Of a stretch of 64,000 bases of DNA, positions 37,027 to 46,225 are shown piece after piece (position 1 is the first letter of the stretch; every line of letters begins with the position of its first letter). Under the pieces are notes generated by a model that made no database searches, was not told where the DNA came from, and saw only the letters and a program-made list of their open reading frames with translations. The position numbers and the translations under genes are program-made. The DNA is taken from positions 23,908-87,907 of the forward strand of contig JACDGG010000002.1 in NCBI GenBank assembly GCA_013815355.1, read 5' to 3'. The stretch comes from Solirubrobacterales bacterium. GTDB taxonomy: Bacteria > Actinomycetota > Thermoleophilia > Solirubrobacterales > Solirubrobacteraceae.

Positions 37027-37146
37027 TCTAGATCGATTGCCGGTAGCCGAAGAACTCGTGGTCCTCGTTGTAGCCGCCGTAGCCACCGCCAATCTCGGAG
37101 GAGTGGGCGAGGAACTCGATGCCCTTGAGCCATGCTGGGACGTGCG
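37027..37146 (-). pseudogene. 39-codon 3' remnant of a Mo-oxidoreductase paralogue
   Basis: AHVPAWLKGIEFLAHSSEIGGGYGGYNEDHEFFGYRQSI* aligns with the C-terminus of 3997..5757 (KHVKWIGEIEFVRHFSERFAGYGGYQEDHEFFGYRDEI*). Confidence 0.7.
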
Positions 37147-37150
37147 CCCA

Positions 37151-37549
37151 TCACCCCGATGTCTGCTCAGATGACTTGACGTGCTCGGCGGCGCGGGTCC
37201 GGACCTCCGCCTTCTGCTCGAGGGTCATCGTGTGTGGATGACCCTCCCCCGGCCACGGCGTCAACATCAACAGAAAGCGAGCATCAGACAGCGCGGTGAC
37301 CTCGTGGCGCTCACCCGGGCCGAACTCCACCAATAGCCCTGGCCCACCCGTGACGCGCGCGCCCGCCGCAGTGGAGATCTCAACCTCACCCGCGATCAGC
37401 ACTACCCAGGCACGCTCGTGAACCTGATGATCGCGCAGATGCTCTCCTTCCAGGAGGCTGAGCACGATCGCACGTGCGTCCCCCGATGAAGAGACAATGT
37501 GCGGCTTTCGCGGCTCTACGTCCAGCGCGTTGATGTGCCAGCTATCCAT
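37151..37549 (-). CDS. Cupin-domain protein
   Basis: MDSWHINALDV...HQVHERAWVVLIAGEV...ERHEV. Start set by alignment with its paralogue at 34219. Confidence 0.75.
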   Translation of the reverse strand: MDSWHINALDVEPRKPHIVSSSGDARAIVLSLLEGEHLRDHQVHERAWVVLIAGEVEISTAAGARVTGGPGLLVEFGPGERHEVTALSDARFLLMLTPWPGEGHPHTMTLEQKAEVRTRAAEHVKSSEQTSG

Positions 37550-37655
37550 ATGTACGCTCGTTTCTCTCGTTGTCGTCACCCATCCTCCCACCTCGACAGG
37601 CATGACTAGACGGCGCACTCGCCCGCCCAGCCCCTCCGAGGACGCAGCCCGCTCG

Positions 37656-38312
37656 TCAGGGCTCGATCAGGCCTCGTCGGATGGCGTAGCGGGTCAGCTC
37701 GACGCGGTCGCGCATGCCGAGCTTCTCCAGCGTGTTCGCGCGATGGCGCTCGACTGTCTTCTCGCTGATCACCAGCATTTGAGCGATCTCTCGGCTGGTG
37801 TTGCCTTCGGCGATCAGCTTGACGATCTGGGTCTCTCTGGGTGTGAGCGGGTCACCAGGAACCTCCTCGCCGTTGCGGGCCCGCTCGAGGTAATCGCGGA
37901 TCAGCGCGGTCACTGCGCCTGGGTAGAGAAATGGCTCGCCGCGCATCGTGGCACGGACGGCCTCGACGAGGTCGCGATCAGCCACCGACTTCAGCACGTA
38001 CCCCGAGGCCCCCGCCTTCAGGGCCTCATACAGATACTGCTCGTTGTCGTGCATCGAGAGAATCAGGATGCGTAGCTCGGGGCGAAGGCGGCGCAACTCG
38101 CTGGCGGCGTGCAGTCCGGTCATGTTTGGCATGCTCACGTCGAGGATCGCCAGATCGAGTTCCTCGCTGGTTCCCTTCTCGACTGCCTGAACACCGTCGT
38201 CCGCTTCGGCAACTACGACGAGGTCGGGCTCTGATTCCAGGACGAGGCGCAGCCCGCGCCGTACCACGGCATGGTCATCGGCGAGCAGGATGCGGGTCTT
38301 CAACGGTGTCAC
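37656..38312 (-). CDS. NarL/LuxR-family response regulator
   Basis: RILLADDHAVVRRGL, acceptor LAILDVSMP and a C-terminal LTPRETQIVKLIAEGNTSREIAQML HTH. Confidence 0.9.
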   Translation of the reverse strand: MTPLKTRILLADDHAVVRRGLRLVLESEPDLVVVAEADDGVQAVEKGTSEELDLAILDVSMPNMTGLHAASELRRLRPELRILILSMHDNEQYLYEALKAGASGYVLKSVADRDLVEAVRATMRGEPFLYPGAVTALIRDYLERARNGEEVPGDPLTPRETQIVKLIAEGNTSREIAQMLVISEKTVERHRANTLEKLGMRDRVELTRYAIRRGLIEP

Positions 38313-39355
38313 GCGGTTGGATCTTTCAGCGGCAGGTCAAGGCGCACCTCGGTTCCGCCACCGGTGGGGCTGTGCACGGACAGCTCGCCCCAAATCAGCG
38401 CGGCGCGCTCACGCATCCCCTGCATTCCCGTGCCGTCCATCTGCGCCGGGTCAATGCCGACGCCGCGGTCACGCACCAGGAGGATCAGGTGATCCTCCTG
38501 GTGCTCCAGTGAGAGCTCAGCGCGGTCGGTCCCCGCGTGGCGTACGACGTTGGTTAGTGCCTCCTGCGCGACGCGGTAGACGACGAGCTCGGACTCGCGG
38601 TCGAGGTAAGGGAGCCCTTGCCGTATCTGTCTGCTCACCTGAAGGCCGGTGCGCTCCCGCAGCCGGTCCGTCAGTGCGACCAATGCGCGCGCGAGACCGA
38701 AATCGTCGAGGGCCTCGGGGCGCAACTCGATCGAGATCCTCCGCACATCCTCGAGGCTTGCCCGCACGACCTCCTGAACCTCGGCTAGGTCGCTCTGTAG
38801 GTCCGCCGGTGCGCGCTTGAGCACGGGAGACAGCTGCAGCAGGACACCGGTCAACGTCTGGCCGACCTCGTCGTGAAGCTCTCGCGCCACTCGTAGCCGC
38901 TCTGCCTCCTGCGCGGCTATCGCCCGGCGGGTAGAGTCGCGGCGCTCGGCTTCCAGGCGGTTGAGCATCTCGTTGAAACCCGCGGCGAGGTCGCCGGCCT
39001 CGGAGTCCCGTCGGGGAATCGGCACACGCTGACCGGGCCTGGTCAGGTCCACGTGTCGGGAGAGCGTGAGCAGCGCGCCGAGAGGAGCGAACGCGCGACG
39101 CAGCAGCACCACGTTGACAGCTATCACGAGACTCAACGCGCACCCCAGCAAGACAGCCTCATCCACCGCGAAAGACGAAATCTTCTCGGGCGAGAGCACG
39201 AGGACCGTCAACAGGCAGGCCGCCAACAACACCAGGGCGTTCGTGGCCGCCACCCGCCACACCAACGGCGCATAACGACGCGGCGGCCGATCCTCGGGGA
39301 GGCCTGACGGCAGCGGGAAGCTCATCGGTCCTCCAGTGTCATCGAGACTGGCCAC
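38309..39355 (-). CDS. Sensor histidine kinase (HisKA_3 type)
   Basis: Two TM segments, a HAMP-like linker, the H-box ARELHDEVGQTL and ATPase motifs (ALTNVVRHA, DRGVGI). Overlaps the regulator gene by 4 nt. Confidence 0.85.
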   Translation of the reverse strand: MASLDDTGGPMSFPLPSGLPEDRPPRRYAPLVWRVAATNALVLLAACLLTVLVLSPEKISSFAVDEAVLLGCALSLVIAVNVVLLRRAFAPLGALLTLSRHVDLTRPGQRVPIPRRDSEAGDLAAGFNEMLNRLEAERRDSTRRAIAAQEAERLRVARELHDEVGQTLTGVLLQLSPVLKRAPADLQSDLAEVQEVVRASLEDVRRISIELRPEALDDFGLARALVALTDRLRERTGLQVSRQIRQGLPYLDRESELVVYRVAQEALTNVVRHAGTDRAELSLEHQEDHLILLVRDRGVGIDPAQMDGTGMQGMRERAALIWGELSVHSPTGGGTEVRLDLPLKDPTA

Positions 39356-39572
39356 GACCGTAATGCTCTCATGCCACCATCCTCACCCCAGCAGGCCCCC
39401 ACCTAGCCTCGCGCAGCCCCGTTCTCGGCAGCCCGTTGTCGATAAAGCGCCCGTGCGAGTCTCACCGGCCGTGATGGGGGCCCGCCAACGTCCAGATGCG
39501 CTCTGCACCCCATTGCTGTTCGCTGCTCATGCTGTGAGGCTCGAGATACACCCCGATCTGAGGAGAACCGCG

Positions 39573-40334
39573 ATGACCAGCACAGCGATAGCCACCCCAA
39601 GCCCGAGCATGTCCGACACACTGCAATACCCCAGCGGCGTTGGCGCCAGCGATCCGACGCTGTCGGCCAGCGGGCTCGTGCGGGTGCTGCTCGTCGATGA
39701 CCACCCCGCGGTACGCCTCGGGATCAAGCGGGTGCTCGAGGCTGAGTACGACATCGTGCTCGCCGCCAGCACCGCGACGGCGCGCGAGGCACTGACCACG
39801 GCGGACGCCTCGCCGGTCGATGTCGCAATCGTCGATTTCGAGCTCGGCGGGGAAAACGGTTTGACGCTCGCGCGAACCCTCAGCAAACTCCCCCGGCCAC
39901 CACGCATACTGATCTACACCGCGTACGCGGACGTGACGATGACGCTCGGCGCGATCGTTGCTGGCGCAGACGGGCTGTTGAGCAAGGGGAGCTTCGGCGA
40001 CGAGCTCTGTCACGTCATCCGCACGCTCGCACATGGACGACGCCATTTCCCAGCCGTCACACGACCAGTCGCCGAGGGCGTGCTCGCCCGCCTGGACCCG
40101 CGCGAGCAGGCGATCACAGGCATGCTCATCCACGGCCTAGACCCCGCGACCATCTCCCAGACACTCAACATCACAGACGCGGAGCTCAACGCGCAACGCT
40201 GGAACATCCTCAAAGCGCTGACCGCGCAACCGTCAAGCGACACTGGTCTACTGCCCTCCCCACGACGACACACACTGCTCGACTACGACCGGCTCCTCCG
40301 CCAGCCAGCCCGTCAAGCCCCGCGCGCATCATGA
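39573..40334 (+). CDS. Response-regulator-like protein with LuxR-type HTH
   Basis: VRVLLVDDHPAVRLGI, VAIVDFELG and a C-terminal LDPREQAITGMLIHGLDPATISQTL. Start moved to ATG 39573, which follows GAGGAG. Confidence 0.75.
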   Translation: MTSTAIATPSPSMSDTLQYPSGVGASDPTLSASGLVRVLLVDDHPAVRLGIKRVLEAEYDIVLAASTATAREALTTADASPVDVAIVDFELGGENGLTLARTLSKLPRPPRILIYTAYADVTMTLGAIVAGADGLLSKGSFGDELCHVIRTLAHGRRHFPAVTRPVAEGVLARLDPREQAITGMLIHGLDPATISQTLNITDAELNAQRWNILKALTAQPSSDTGLLPSPRRHTLLDYDRLLRQPARQAPRAS

Positions 40335-40449
40335 GCACGCCCGCGTCGTACGGACAAGCGGCAGCAGCGCAGTGAAGGCTAGCCCAATGCCTTCACCGCT
40401 TGGAAATAAGCGGCAACGCTCGCAGTAGTCTCAAGGCAACGATAAGGAG

Positions 40450-41322
40450 ATGACGATGTTCAAGAACGTGCTCGTGGGAGTGGATGGCCGGCCAAATGGC
40501 AGCGACGCCATCGCGCTTGCCTCGCGCCTCACCGATCCCGACGGAACACTCACGTTTGCCCATGTCCACACAGGCAAACTGCACCCACTCCACGCGATTA
40601 CCCCCGGTCTCCTCGCCGAGGAGCGCGAAGCTTCCGCGAAGCTGCTCGAGGAGGCGCGCGCCGGCGCCGATGTCAGTGCGGATCTCGCCAGCATCGTCTC
40701 CATCAGCCCGGGGCGAGGTCTCCACGAGCACGCCGAGGAGCTGAATGCCGACCTGCTCGTGGTGGGCTCCTGCAGTCATGGCACTCTCGGCCGTGTCATG
40801 CTCGGCGACGACACCCGCGCCGCGTTGAACGGCGCTCCCTGTGCAGTCGCGATCGCCGCCCGCGGCTATGCCGAGCATCCCACGCCGATCGCTAAGGTCG
40901 GCGTGGGCTACAACGAATCGCCGGAGAGCCAGACGGCGCTCGACGCCGCCCGCAAGCTCGCGGCCTTCACCCGGGCGACGGTCGACGTCCTACAAGTCGT
41001 CTCGATACCCAGCTACGCCTACGCCGGACCGATATCGGCCGCGATCGGAGATATCGACACGATGCTCTCCGAAGCCAAGGACCGCATGAAGGACCTGCTC
41101 GACGTCGAGGGGCGCGCGGTATACGGGCTCACCGGCGAGGAGCTGGCCGCCTTCGGCAACGACGTCGACATCCTGGTTGTCGGTTCGCGCGGCTATGGGC
41201 CCGTGCGCCGCTTGGTGCTCGGCAGCACATCCGAGTACTTGGAGCGCCACGCCCGCTGCTCCCTGCTTGTGCTACCCCGTATGACGAAGGGCCCAGCCGG
41301 AGATTCTCCGATCAGCGGCTAG
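40450..41322 (+). CDS. Tandem-domain universal stress protein (paralogue of 10288..11175)
   Basis: MTMFKNVLVGVDGRPNG... and GSTSEYLERHARCSLLVL. TAAGGAG upstream. Confidence 0.85.
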   Translation: MTMFKNVLVGVDGRPNGSDAIALASRLTDPDGTLTFAHVHTGKLHPLHAITPGLLAEEREASAKLLEEARAGADVSADLASIVSISPGRGLHEHAEELNADLLVVGSCSHGTLGRVMLGDDTRAALNGAPCAVAIAARGYAEHPTPIAKVGVGYNESPESQTALDAARKLAAFTRATVDVLQVVSIPSYAYAGPISAAIGDIDTMLSEAKDRMKDLLDVEGRAVYGLTGEELAAFGNDVDILVVGSRGYGPVRRLVLGSTSEYLERHARCSLLVLPRMTKGPAGDSPISG

Positions 41323-41861
41323 CTTTAGATTCGAGGCCCTGCTTATCCATCACCGGGGCGGGCGTCGCCGTGCTGGTGCCCGCCCCGGGGGCTGCGTGGG
41401 AGCTTCGCGTTCCGGGGATCGCGATCACACACACGAGCGGCTGCTCGGGGTCGACTGCGACGCTCTTGCTGTGGTGGGTGATCTGCAGCGTCGAGCCCTG
41501 AATCAGCGAGTAGGTCGCGTGCTGTCCTGGAGGTCGGTGAGATCCATCAGCCCCGACTCGCAGAGGTAGTGGTAGGCCAGTTCGAGATGACCCACCTCGG
41601 CGGCCAGGACGGCCTGTGTGCAGGCCGAGAGCGATGAGTCACGGACGGTCAGTGCCTCGTAGTAGGCGAAGTCGCGGGCCTTTTCCTCCTCACTGAACGC
41701 ATCGCCGCGCAGATACAACGCGAGCACGAGGTCCGCCTGCTTGACCACCTGCTTGCGATACAGGTCGTAGTAGGCGAAGTGCAGCAGCAGCGGATACTGC
41801 TCGGGGGTGGTCGCGCGGAAGTCCCAGACCGCGTGCTCGGTGAACCCCTCGGCCTGAGGGC
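41313..41861 (-). pseudogene. Second GH65 phosphorylase remnant (mid-catalytic segment plus C-terminal tail, frameshifted)
   Basis: PQAEGFTEHAVWDF...YYEALTVRDSSLSACTQAVLAAEVGHLELAYHYLCESGLMDLTDLQDST, then a frame change to ATYSLIQGSTLQITHHSKSVAVDPEQPLV.... Lacks the first 545 codons or so. Confidence 0.75.
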
Positions 41862-42157
41862 ACCGCGCCGGCATGCCGCGTTGCCACAACCTCCCGATCC
41901 TCTATGCCGGCGACGAAGTCGACTGCGGCGAAGCGTCCGACTCGACCCGCCACCGACCTGCTCGGAAAGCGGTGCAGGCCCGGATCGACCGGTAGCGCGC
42001 GCAGCCACGCCCGGTGATCGCCCAGCGCCTATCCCCAACGCACGCCGACCTGACGCAGCACCAAAAGCTCCTGCTCGTCCAGGCCGGCAACCGTCGAGGC
42101 CCGGCCCGACGTCACTCAGCGCCACGGGAGGACCAGGATCAAGCCGCGGACCTTGGA

Positions 42158-42607
42158 CTAGGCTTCGTCCCGTCCCACGACGTGCCCGTGCTCGTCGAAG
42201 TAGAACACGATCGTCGGCACGTCGAAGTGTCCGCGCACGTTCTTGGCGATCTGGTGCTCACGCCAGTTCTCGCCCTCGCTGCCTGGGGCATGCAGTCTGA
42301 GCACGATCAGATCAGCATCGAACTTTGCCAGCGCATCGGCGATCGCGGTGACTTGGTTCTCGCTTCCCACCGTCCCGGCGGGCTCCAGGCCACCGGCGTG
42401 CATGTGGTCAAACACCGTCTGCAGACGCTCGTCGGCCGATACACGGGCGTGGTCAACGTCGCTGGCCACCCATTGCAGCCAAGTCGTCAACGCCGGCGCG
42501 ACGACGTAGACCTCCTCGGCCTCGTCGAAAAGCGGGCGGATCGCCTCAGGCACCTCGTTGGCGTCCGCCAAGATCTCATTGGTCACGACAAGCACGCGCT
42601 TAGCCAT
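42158..42607 (-). CDS. USP-like alpha/beta protein (distant; hypothetical)
   Basis: 149 aa. RVLVVTNE...EVYVVAPAL...DLIVLRLH topology resembles the USP / adenine nucleotide alpha-hydrolase fold. No ATP-binding motif recognised. Confidence 0.55.
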   Translation of the reverse strand: MAKRVLVVTNEILADANEVPEAIRPLFDEAEEVYVVAPALTTWLQWVASDVDHARVSADERLQTVFDHMHAGGLEPAGTVGSENQVTAIADALAKFDADLIVLRLHAPGSEGENWREHQIAKNVRGHFDVPTIVFYFDEHGHVVGRDEA

Positions 42608-43070
42608 TGGTTCCTCTCGGGTTGGGGAGCAGCGCTACGGGCGTCAATTCCCAGGTTAGACGGAGTGATTGGCGCTCCGACGGTCCTCGGCGACACGTCA
42701 AACTTCGAGGCCGTCGAGCACGTGGCACACAGCGCGATCCCAGGTTCGCGATCCCCATGTCGCTCACCAGGCGAGCGATCCGTCCGTACGGTCGAAATCG
42801 AGCCCGTGCGCTGACAGCTGGGCTTCGGGCGCCGGCACGAGCGGGGCATCCTCGACCATGGGTCGCCATCGCGCTACCCGTCGCCAGCAGTACACCGATC
42901 GCGACCAAGGTGCCCCAGCCAAATCGGCGTGCGACCGCTCTCAGCTGCTCGAGGTCGCCGGAGCGGCGTGCGACGGGGACGACGGCGACGGCGAGCAGCA
43001 GTTGGCCACCGACGAAGAACGCCATCGCCAGCACGTGCAGCCACAGTACCCCCAGCCAAACGTGGCTCAC
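42600..43070 (-). CDS. Small membrane protein (CopD-like helices), C-terminal half doubtful
   Basis: The first 75 aa or so form two or three clear TM helices (VWLGVLWLHVLAMAFFVGGQLLLAVAVVP...). The remainder is Arg-rich and may be out of frame. Confidence 0.45.
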   Translation of the reverse strand: MSHVWLGVLWLHVLAMAFFVGGQLLLAVAVVPVARRSGDLEQLRAVARRFGWGTLVAIGVLLATGSAMATHGRGCPARAGARSPAVSARARFRPYGRIARLVSDMGIANLGSRCVPRARRPRSLTCRRGPSERQSLRLTWELTPVALLPNPRGTNG

Positions 43071-43495
43071 GGCGCGGCCGCCAGCAGCCGGTCGCCGAGG
43101 ACAGAAAGCTCCGCGGCGGTGAGGCTCCGTTCGATGAGTGGAAACAGCTCGTGCTCCTCGAGGCGCACATGCAAGGCGAGCCGCTCACCGAGCGCGTGCA
43201 GTCTCTGAAGGGACACTTCGCTCGCGAGCAGCTCCGCGTCGCAGCGAATGCTCAGGTGGTCGAGGAGAACTCTGACGACCACAGGATGGCCGGGGTCGCC
43301 GTGCGCCGCGTAGGCCGGCAGCAGGATCTCCTCCTCGATGCGGAAGTGCAGCTTCTCCTCGAGCTCCCAGGCGGCCAGAAACCCCGCGGCTGCCTGCTCT
43401 GCGGTCGCGGGCGTTGCGCGGCGGAGGCGCTGAGCGATTGCGAGGGTGTGCTGGTGATCACGTGAGAGCGGGGCCAGTGCGGGGTGGCGCTTCAC
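43067..43495 (-). CDS. Hemerythrin (HHE cation-binding) domain protein
   Basis: LSRDHQH..., HFRIEEEILLP and HVRLEEHELFPLI motifs. 142 aa. Confidence 0.8.
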   Translation of the reverse strand: MKRHPALAPLSRDHQHTLAIAQRLRRATPATAEQAAAGFLAAWELEEKLHFRIEEEILLPAYAAHGDPGHPVVVRVLLDHLSIRCDAELLASEVSLQRLHALGERLALHVRLEEHELFPLIERSLTAAELSVLGDRLLAAAP

Positions 43496-44679
43496 GATCG
43501 TGCTCCAGCGGGTGAGCGCAGCGCTCGTGCGGCAAGCACGAGCACACGTCCGCCGAGCAGCGTCAGCACCGCCAGCAGCAGGATCGCCGCCGGCCCGCCG
43601 AGCGCTTGGAGGCTGGGCGCATGAGACGCCGCCAGGAAACTGATGGCGATGCCCGCCGCGAGGGTCAGGGCATGGTCGCGCTTAGGTTTGGGGGCCGGCA
43701 TCGTCCGGCTGAAGTGGCGCACCGCGAGCAGGTGCAGCAGTGCGCCGCATACCGTCAGGCCGATCCAACCTGCGAGCAGCAGAACCGCCAGGACGTTGTG
43801 GTCGGTCCCGAGCAACGCCTCGTTGGATCCCTGAGTGATGGTTACGGCCAGTGCGAACAGCAGGCCCGCCGCGAGAAACGTCTGTGCCAGCGCGATCAGC
43901 TGCGCCGGCAGCGCCAGCGGGCGTGGCGCGGCGTGCAGAGATGCCGCGAGGTTGATGCTCAGCAGGCAGGCGGCGAGCACGAGTCCCAGCCAGCCCGAGG
44001 CGATTGTGACCTGAGTCCCGAACGCGGCGCCGAACGCGAGTCCTCCGACGCCGATCACCCACAGCACGAACGTCGGGCCCTGTAGGACGGGGAAACGCAG
44101 CCGCGTTTGTGTCAGGGAGGGAAAGAACGTGTGCAGCGTCCCGACGATCGCCATACCCAGCCATCCTGCGAGGTTGAGCGCCAGATGAGCGCCGAGCAGG
44201 CTCCCCGCCGACCACGTCGTTCCGCGTGCGAGCAGGATCCCGATTAGCGCTCCCAGCCCCAAACAGGCGGCACACGCCTGATACCAGCGCACTGCCCAGC
44301 GCGCGCGCTGCAGCGAGCGGCGCTGCATGCCGTGCAGGGCGGCGGCGAACAGCACGAGTCCGACCGCGATCAGCACCCCGCCCACGTCCACGAGTGAGCC
44401 CGTGGCGCTCGGGACCCCGACCGCGACGAGCAGCGTCCCGGTGTTCCACGCCAACAGCTGTGCCGCGATCAGCCGCCGCGACGGCGGGTCGGTAGCCAGG
44501 AACGCACACACGAAGAACTGCCCGGCGCCGAGCACGAGTTGTGAGACGCCACCGAGCAGCGCCAGGTGCAGCGCCAGCCAGTGCAGCCAATCGCGCCCCG
44601 TGACGACGTACGCCAAAGCGGCGCCGGCGGCAGCCAGCAGCAGGACGATCGCCGGCACGAAGAACACGCTCACGAGCAT
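43492..44679 (-). CDS. Polytopic membrane protein with His-bearing helix pairs (unassigned; NnrS/heme-copper-oxidase-like flavour)
   Basis: About 12 TM helices with motifs LHWLALHLALLGGVSQLVLGAGQFF and AHLALNLAGWLGMAIVGTLHTFFP. Start set at ATG 44679. The track ORF extends to 44775. Confidence 0.7.
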   Translation of the reverse strand: MLVSVFFVPAIVLLLAAAGAALAYVVTGRDWLHWLALHLALLGGVSQLVLGAGQFFVCAFLATDPPSRRLIAAQLLAWNTGTLLVAVGVPSATGSLVDVGGVLIAVGLVLFAAALHGMQRRSLQRARWAVRWYQACAACLGLGALIGILLARGTTWSAGSLLGAHLALNLAGWLGMAIVGTLHTFFPSLTQTRLRFPVLQGPTFVLWVIGVGGLAFGAAFGTQVTIASGWLGLVLAACLLSINLAASLHAAPRPLALPAQLIALAQTFLAAGLLFALAVTITQGSNEALLGTDHNVLAVLLLAGWIGLTVCGALLHLLAVRHFSRTMPAPKPKRDHALTLAAGIAISFLAASHAPSLQALGGPAAILLLAVLTLLGGRVLVLAARALRSPAGARS

Positions 44680-44771
44680 GCTGGGGCGAGGCGAGGAGGG
44701 GCTGAGGTTGCGGGGACGGCAGCGGCGCCCCGCAGGTCGCATGCTCTGTGGCGCCCCGGCCGCTGCCGGGC

Positions 44772-45461
44772 TCACTTCTCGCTCTGGCTCGTCGCTATCC
44801 CGGTGAGCTTGATCAGGCAGCCCGCGACATCGGGGTCGTGCGGCTCGAAGCCGGTGAGCTTGGCGCCCGGCGCCTGTACGTCGAGCAGCCCGCGTGTGAT
44901 GCCTCTGTGCAGTGTGCAGATCAGCGGCTGGTTCTCGCGCGCCGCATCCTGGTAGGGACAGTTGCGAAGGCTGATTGTGAGCGCCTTGCCCGTGCGGTCA
45001 TGTACCTGTGGTTGGAAGCCCAGCGAGCTCAGCACCGACTTGAAGGCATCCTCGCCGGTGGTGTCCTGGCGTGAGGCGAGCTCTCGTCCGATCTCACGGC
45101 CCGTGGCCTCGATCCCGCGCAGTCCGGGAGAGCCTGATCCCATCGCCCGGGCGAGCCAGCGGACGAGATCGGCATAGGCGCGTGGCGGGCGTCCGCCGGG
45201 CTGTGCGTCGGGCGCGATCTGCCAGCTGTCTCGTGGGCGTCCGCGTGGCTGGGGCTCGGTTGCGCGTACGAGCAGACCTTCTCCCTCCAGGCGCTCGAGG
45301 TGCAGGCGCACTCCGTTGGGGTGCAGGCCGACTTGCTCGGCGAGCTCGACGGTGCCGGCCGGCCGGGCGAGCTCGCCGAGCAGCTCGAACAGGCGCGCCC
45401 TAGTCGGCTGGGAGAGACCGTCGTCGGGAAGCATGGCTGGCGGCTGGTCGATCATGCCCAA
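44772..45461 (-). CDS. ArsR-type winged-helix regulator with C-terminal extension
   Basis: TRARLFELLGELARPAGTVELAEQVGLHPNGVRLHLERLEGEGLL HTH, then a conserved Cys-containing tail (NCPY...CTLHRGITRGLL). Confidence 0.8.
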   Translation of the reverse strand: MGMIDQPPAMLPDDGLSQPTRARLFELLGELARPAGTVELAEQVGLHPNGVRLHLERLEGEGLLVRATEPQPRGRPRDSWQIAPDAQPGGRPPRAYADLVRWLARAMGSGSPGLRGIEATGREIGRELASRQDTTGEDAFKSVLSSLGFQPQVHDRTGKALTISLRNCPYQDAARENQPLICTLHRGITRGLLDVQAPGAKLTGFEPHDPDVAGCLIKLTGIATSQSEK

Positions 45462-45555
45462 ATCATTTTACACAGGCGGCATAGGTAAAACGAGTCTGCG
45501 TGATACGGTTTCTTCCAGCGGTGCTGTGAAAAGCGACTTGGAAGGGAGCTCGCCC

Positions 45556-45825
45556 GTGACCTACGTGATCAATGAGCCCTGCATTGGCACGAAGGACTCC
45601 TCCTGTGTGGAGGTCTGCCCGGTGGACTGCATCCATCCAACGCCGGATGAGCCGGGCTTCGCCGAGGCCGAGATGCTGTACATCGACCCCGCCGAGTGCA
45701 TCGACTGCGACGCGTGCGTCGAGGCGTGTCCGGTGGACGCGATCACCGCGGGGGACCAAGTGCCGCCTGAGTGGGAGAAGTACATCCAGATCAACGCCGC
45801 CTACTACGAGCAGGTCAGCTCATGA
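45556..45825 (+). CDS. 7Fe-type ferredoxin
   Basis: VTYVINEPCIGTKDSSCVEVCPVDCIHP...CIDCDACVEACPVDAI. GTG start follows GGAAGGGAG. Confidence 0.85.
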   Translation: MTYVINEPCIGTKDSSCVEVCPVDCIHPTPDEPGFAEAEMLYIDPAECIDCDACVEACPVDAITAGDQVPPEWEKYIQINAAYYEQVSS

Positions 45826-45880
45826 TCGCCGCCGGTCTCCCGGCCCTCGCCCTGTGCCTCGCCGGCCAAGGCCCACGCTG

Positions 45881-46225
45881 ATGGAAACCAAGGTGATCGT
45901 GATGTTCGCGATCCTGCACGGGTCCGCGATCGTGCTCGGCACATGGCTAGTGGTAATGCTGGCTCGCTCAGCGCCCGACTTGGCGTCTCAGGGCAGCGAG
46001 GGCTCAGACGGCGGAGATGGTCGTCTCCCGATCCCGTCCAGCCCCAGCCCATCCGGCGGCGAACTGCCGTTGCCCGACTCACGGCCAGCGCGGGTACGCC
46101 TCCGCGAACCCATCCAGCCGGGCGCGCTATGGGCCCGTCCGGCGCGCAGGCCTCACCCCGAGATCGACCCGCGACCGGCACCCGCGAAGCGCCCGCTACG
46201 CCTCAGCGGTGCGGAGACCCGATGA
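45881..46225 (+). CDS. Small membrane-anchored Pro-rich protein (hypothetical)
   Basis: One N-terminal TM helix (VIVMFAILHGSAIVLGTWLVVML). ATGA overlap with the next ORF. Low complexity afterwards. Confidence 0.35.
   Translation: METKVIVMFAILHGSAIVLGTWLVVMLARSAPDLASQGSEGSDGGDGRLPIPSSPSPSGGELPLPDSRPARVRLREPIQPGALWARPARRPHPEIDPRPAPAKRPLRLSGAETR

Noticed and set aside
7350-41861. The idea that the two GH65 segments are attL/attR-type direct repeats bounding a 34-kb integrative island.
   Set aside because: The repeats are only about 85% identical and both copies are independently truncated. No recombinase lies between them, and the interval carries core metabolism (PPP, NDH-2, ETF-QO).
41890-42157. 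Short protein-like stretches on the minus strand (for example ...GLDEQELLVLRQVGVRWG*) between the GH65 remnant and the USP-like gene.
   Set aside because: Too short and interrupted by stops to assign. Probably further decayed coding sequence, but not supportable as a feature.
45487-45516. GGAAGAAA-N15-TCGTTTT (minus strand) and GTAAAACG-N15-GTTTCTT (plus strand) in the ArsR/ferredoxin intergenic region as motif variants.
   Set aside because: Only the upstream box and the spacing resemble the motif and the GCTA core is absent. The region is quasi-palindromic, so both strands match partially.
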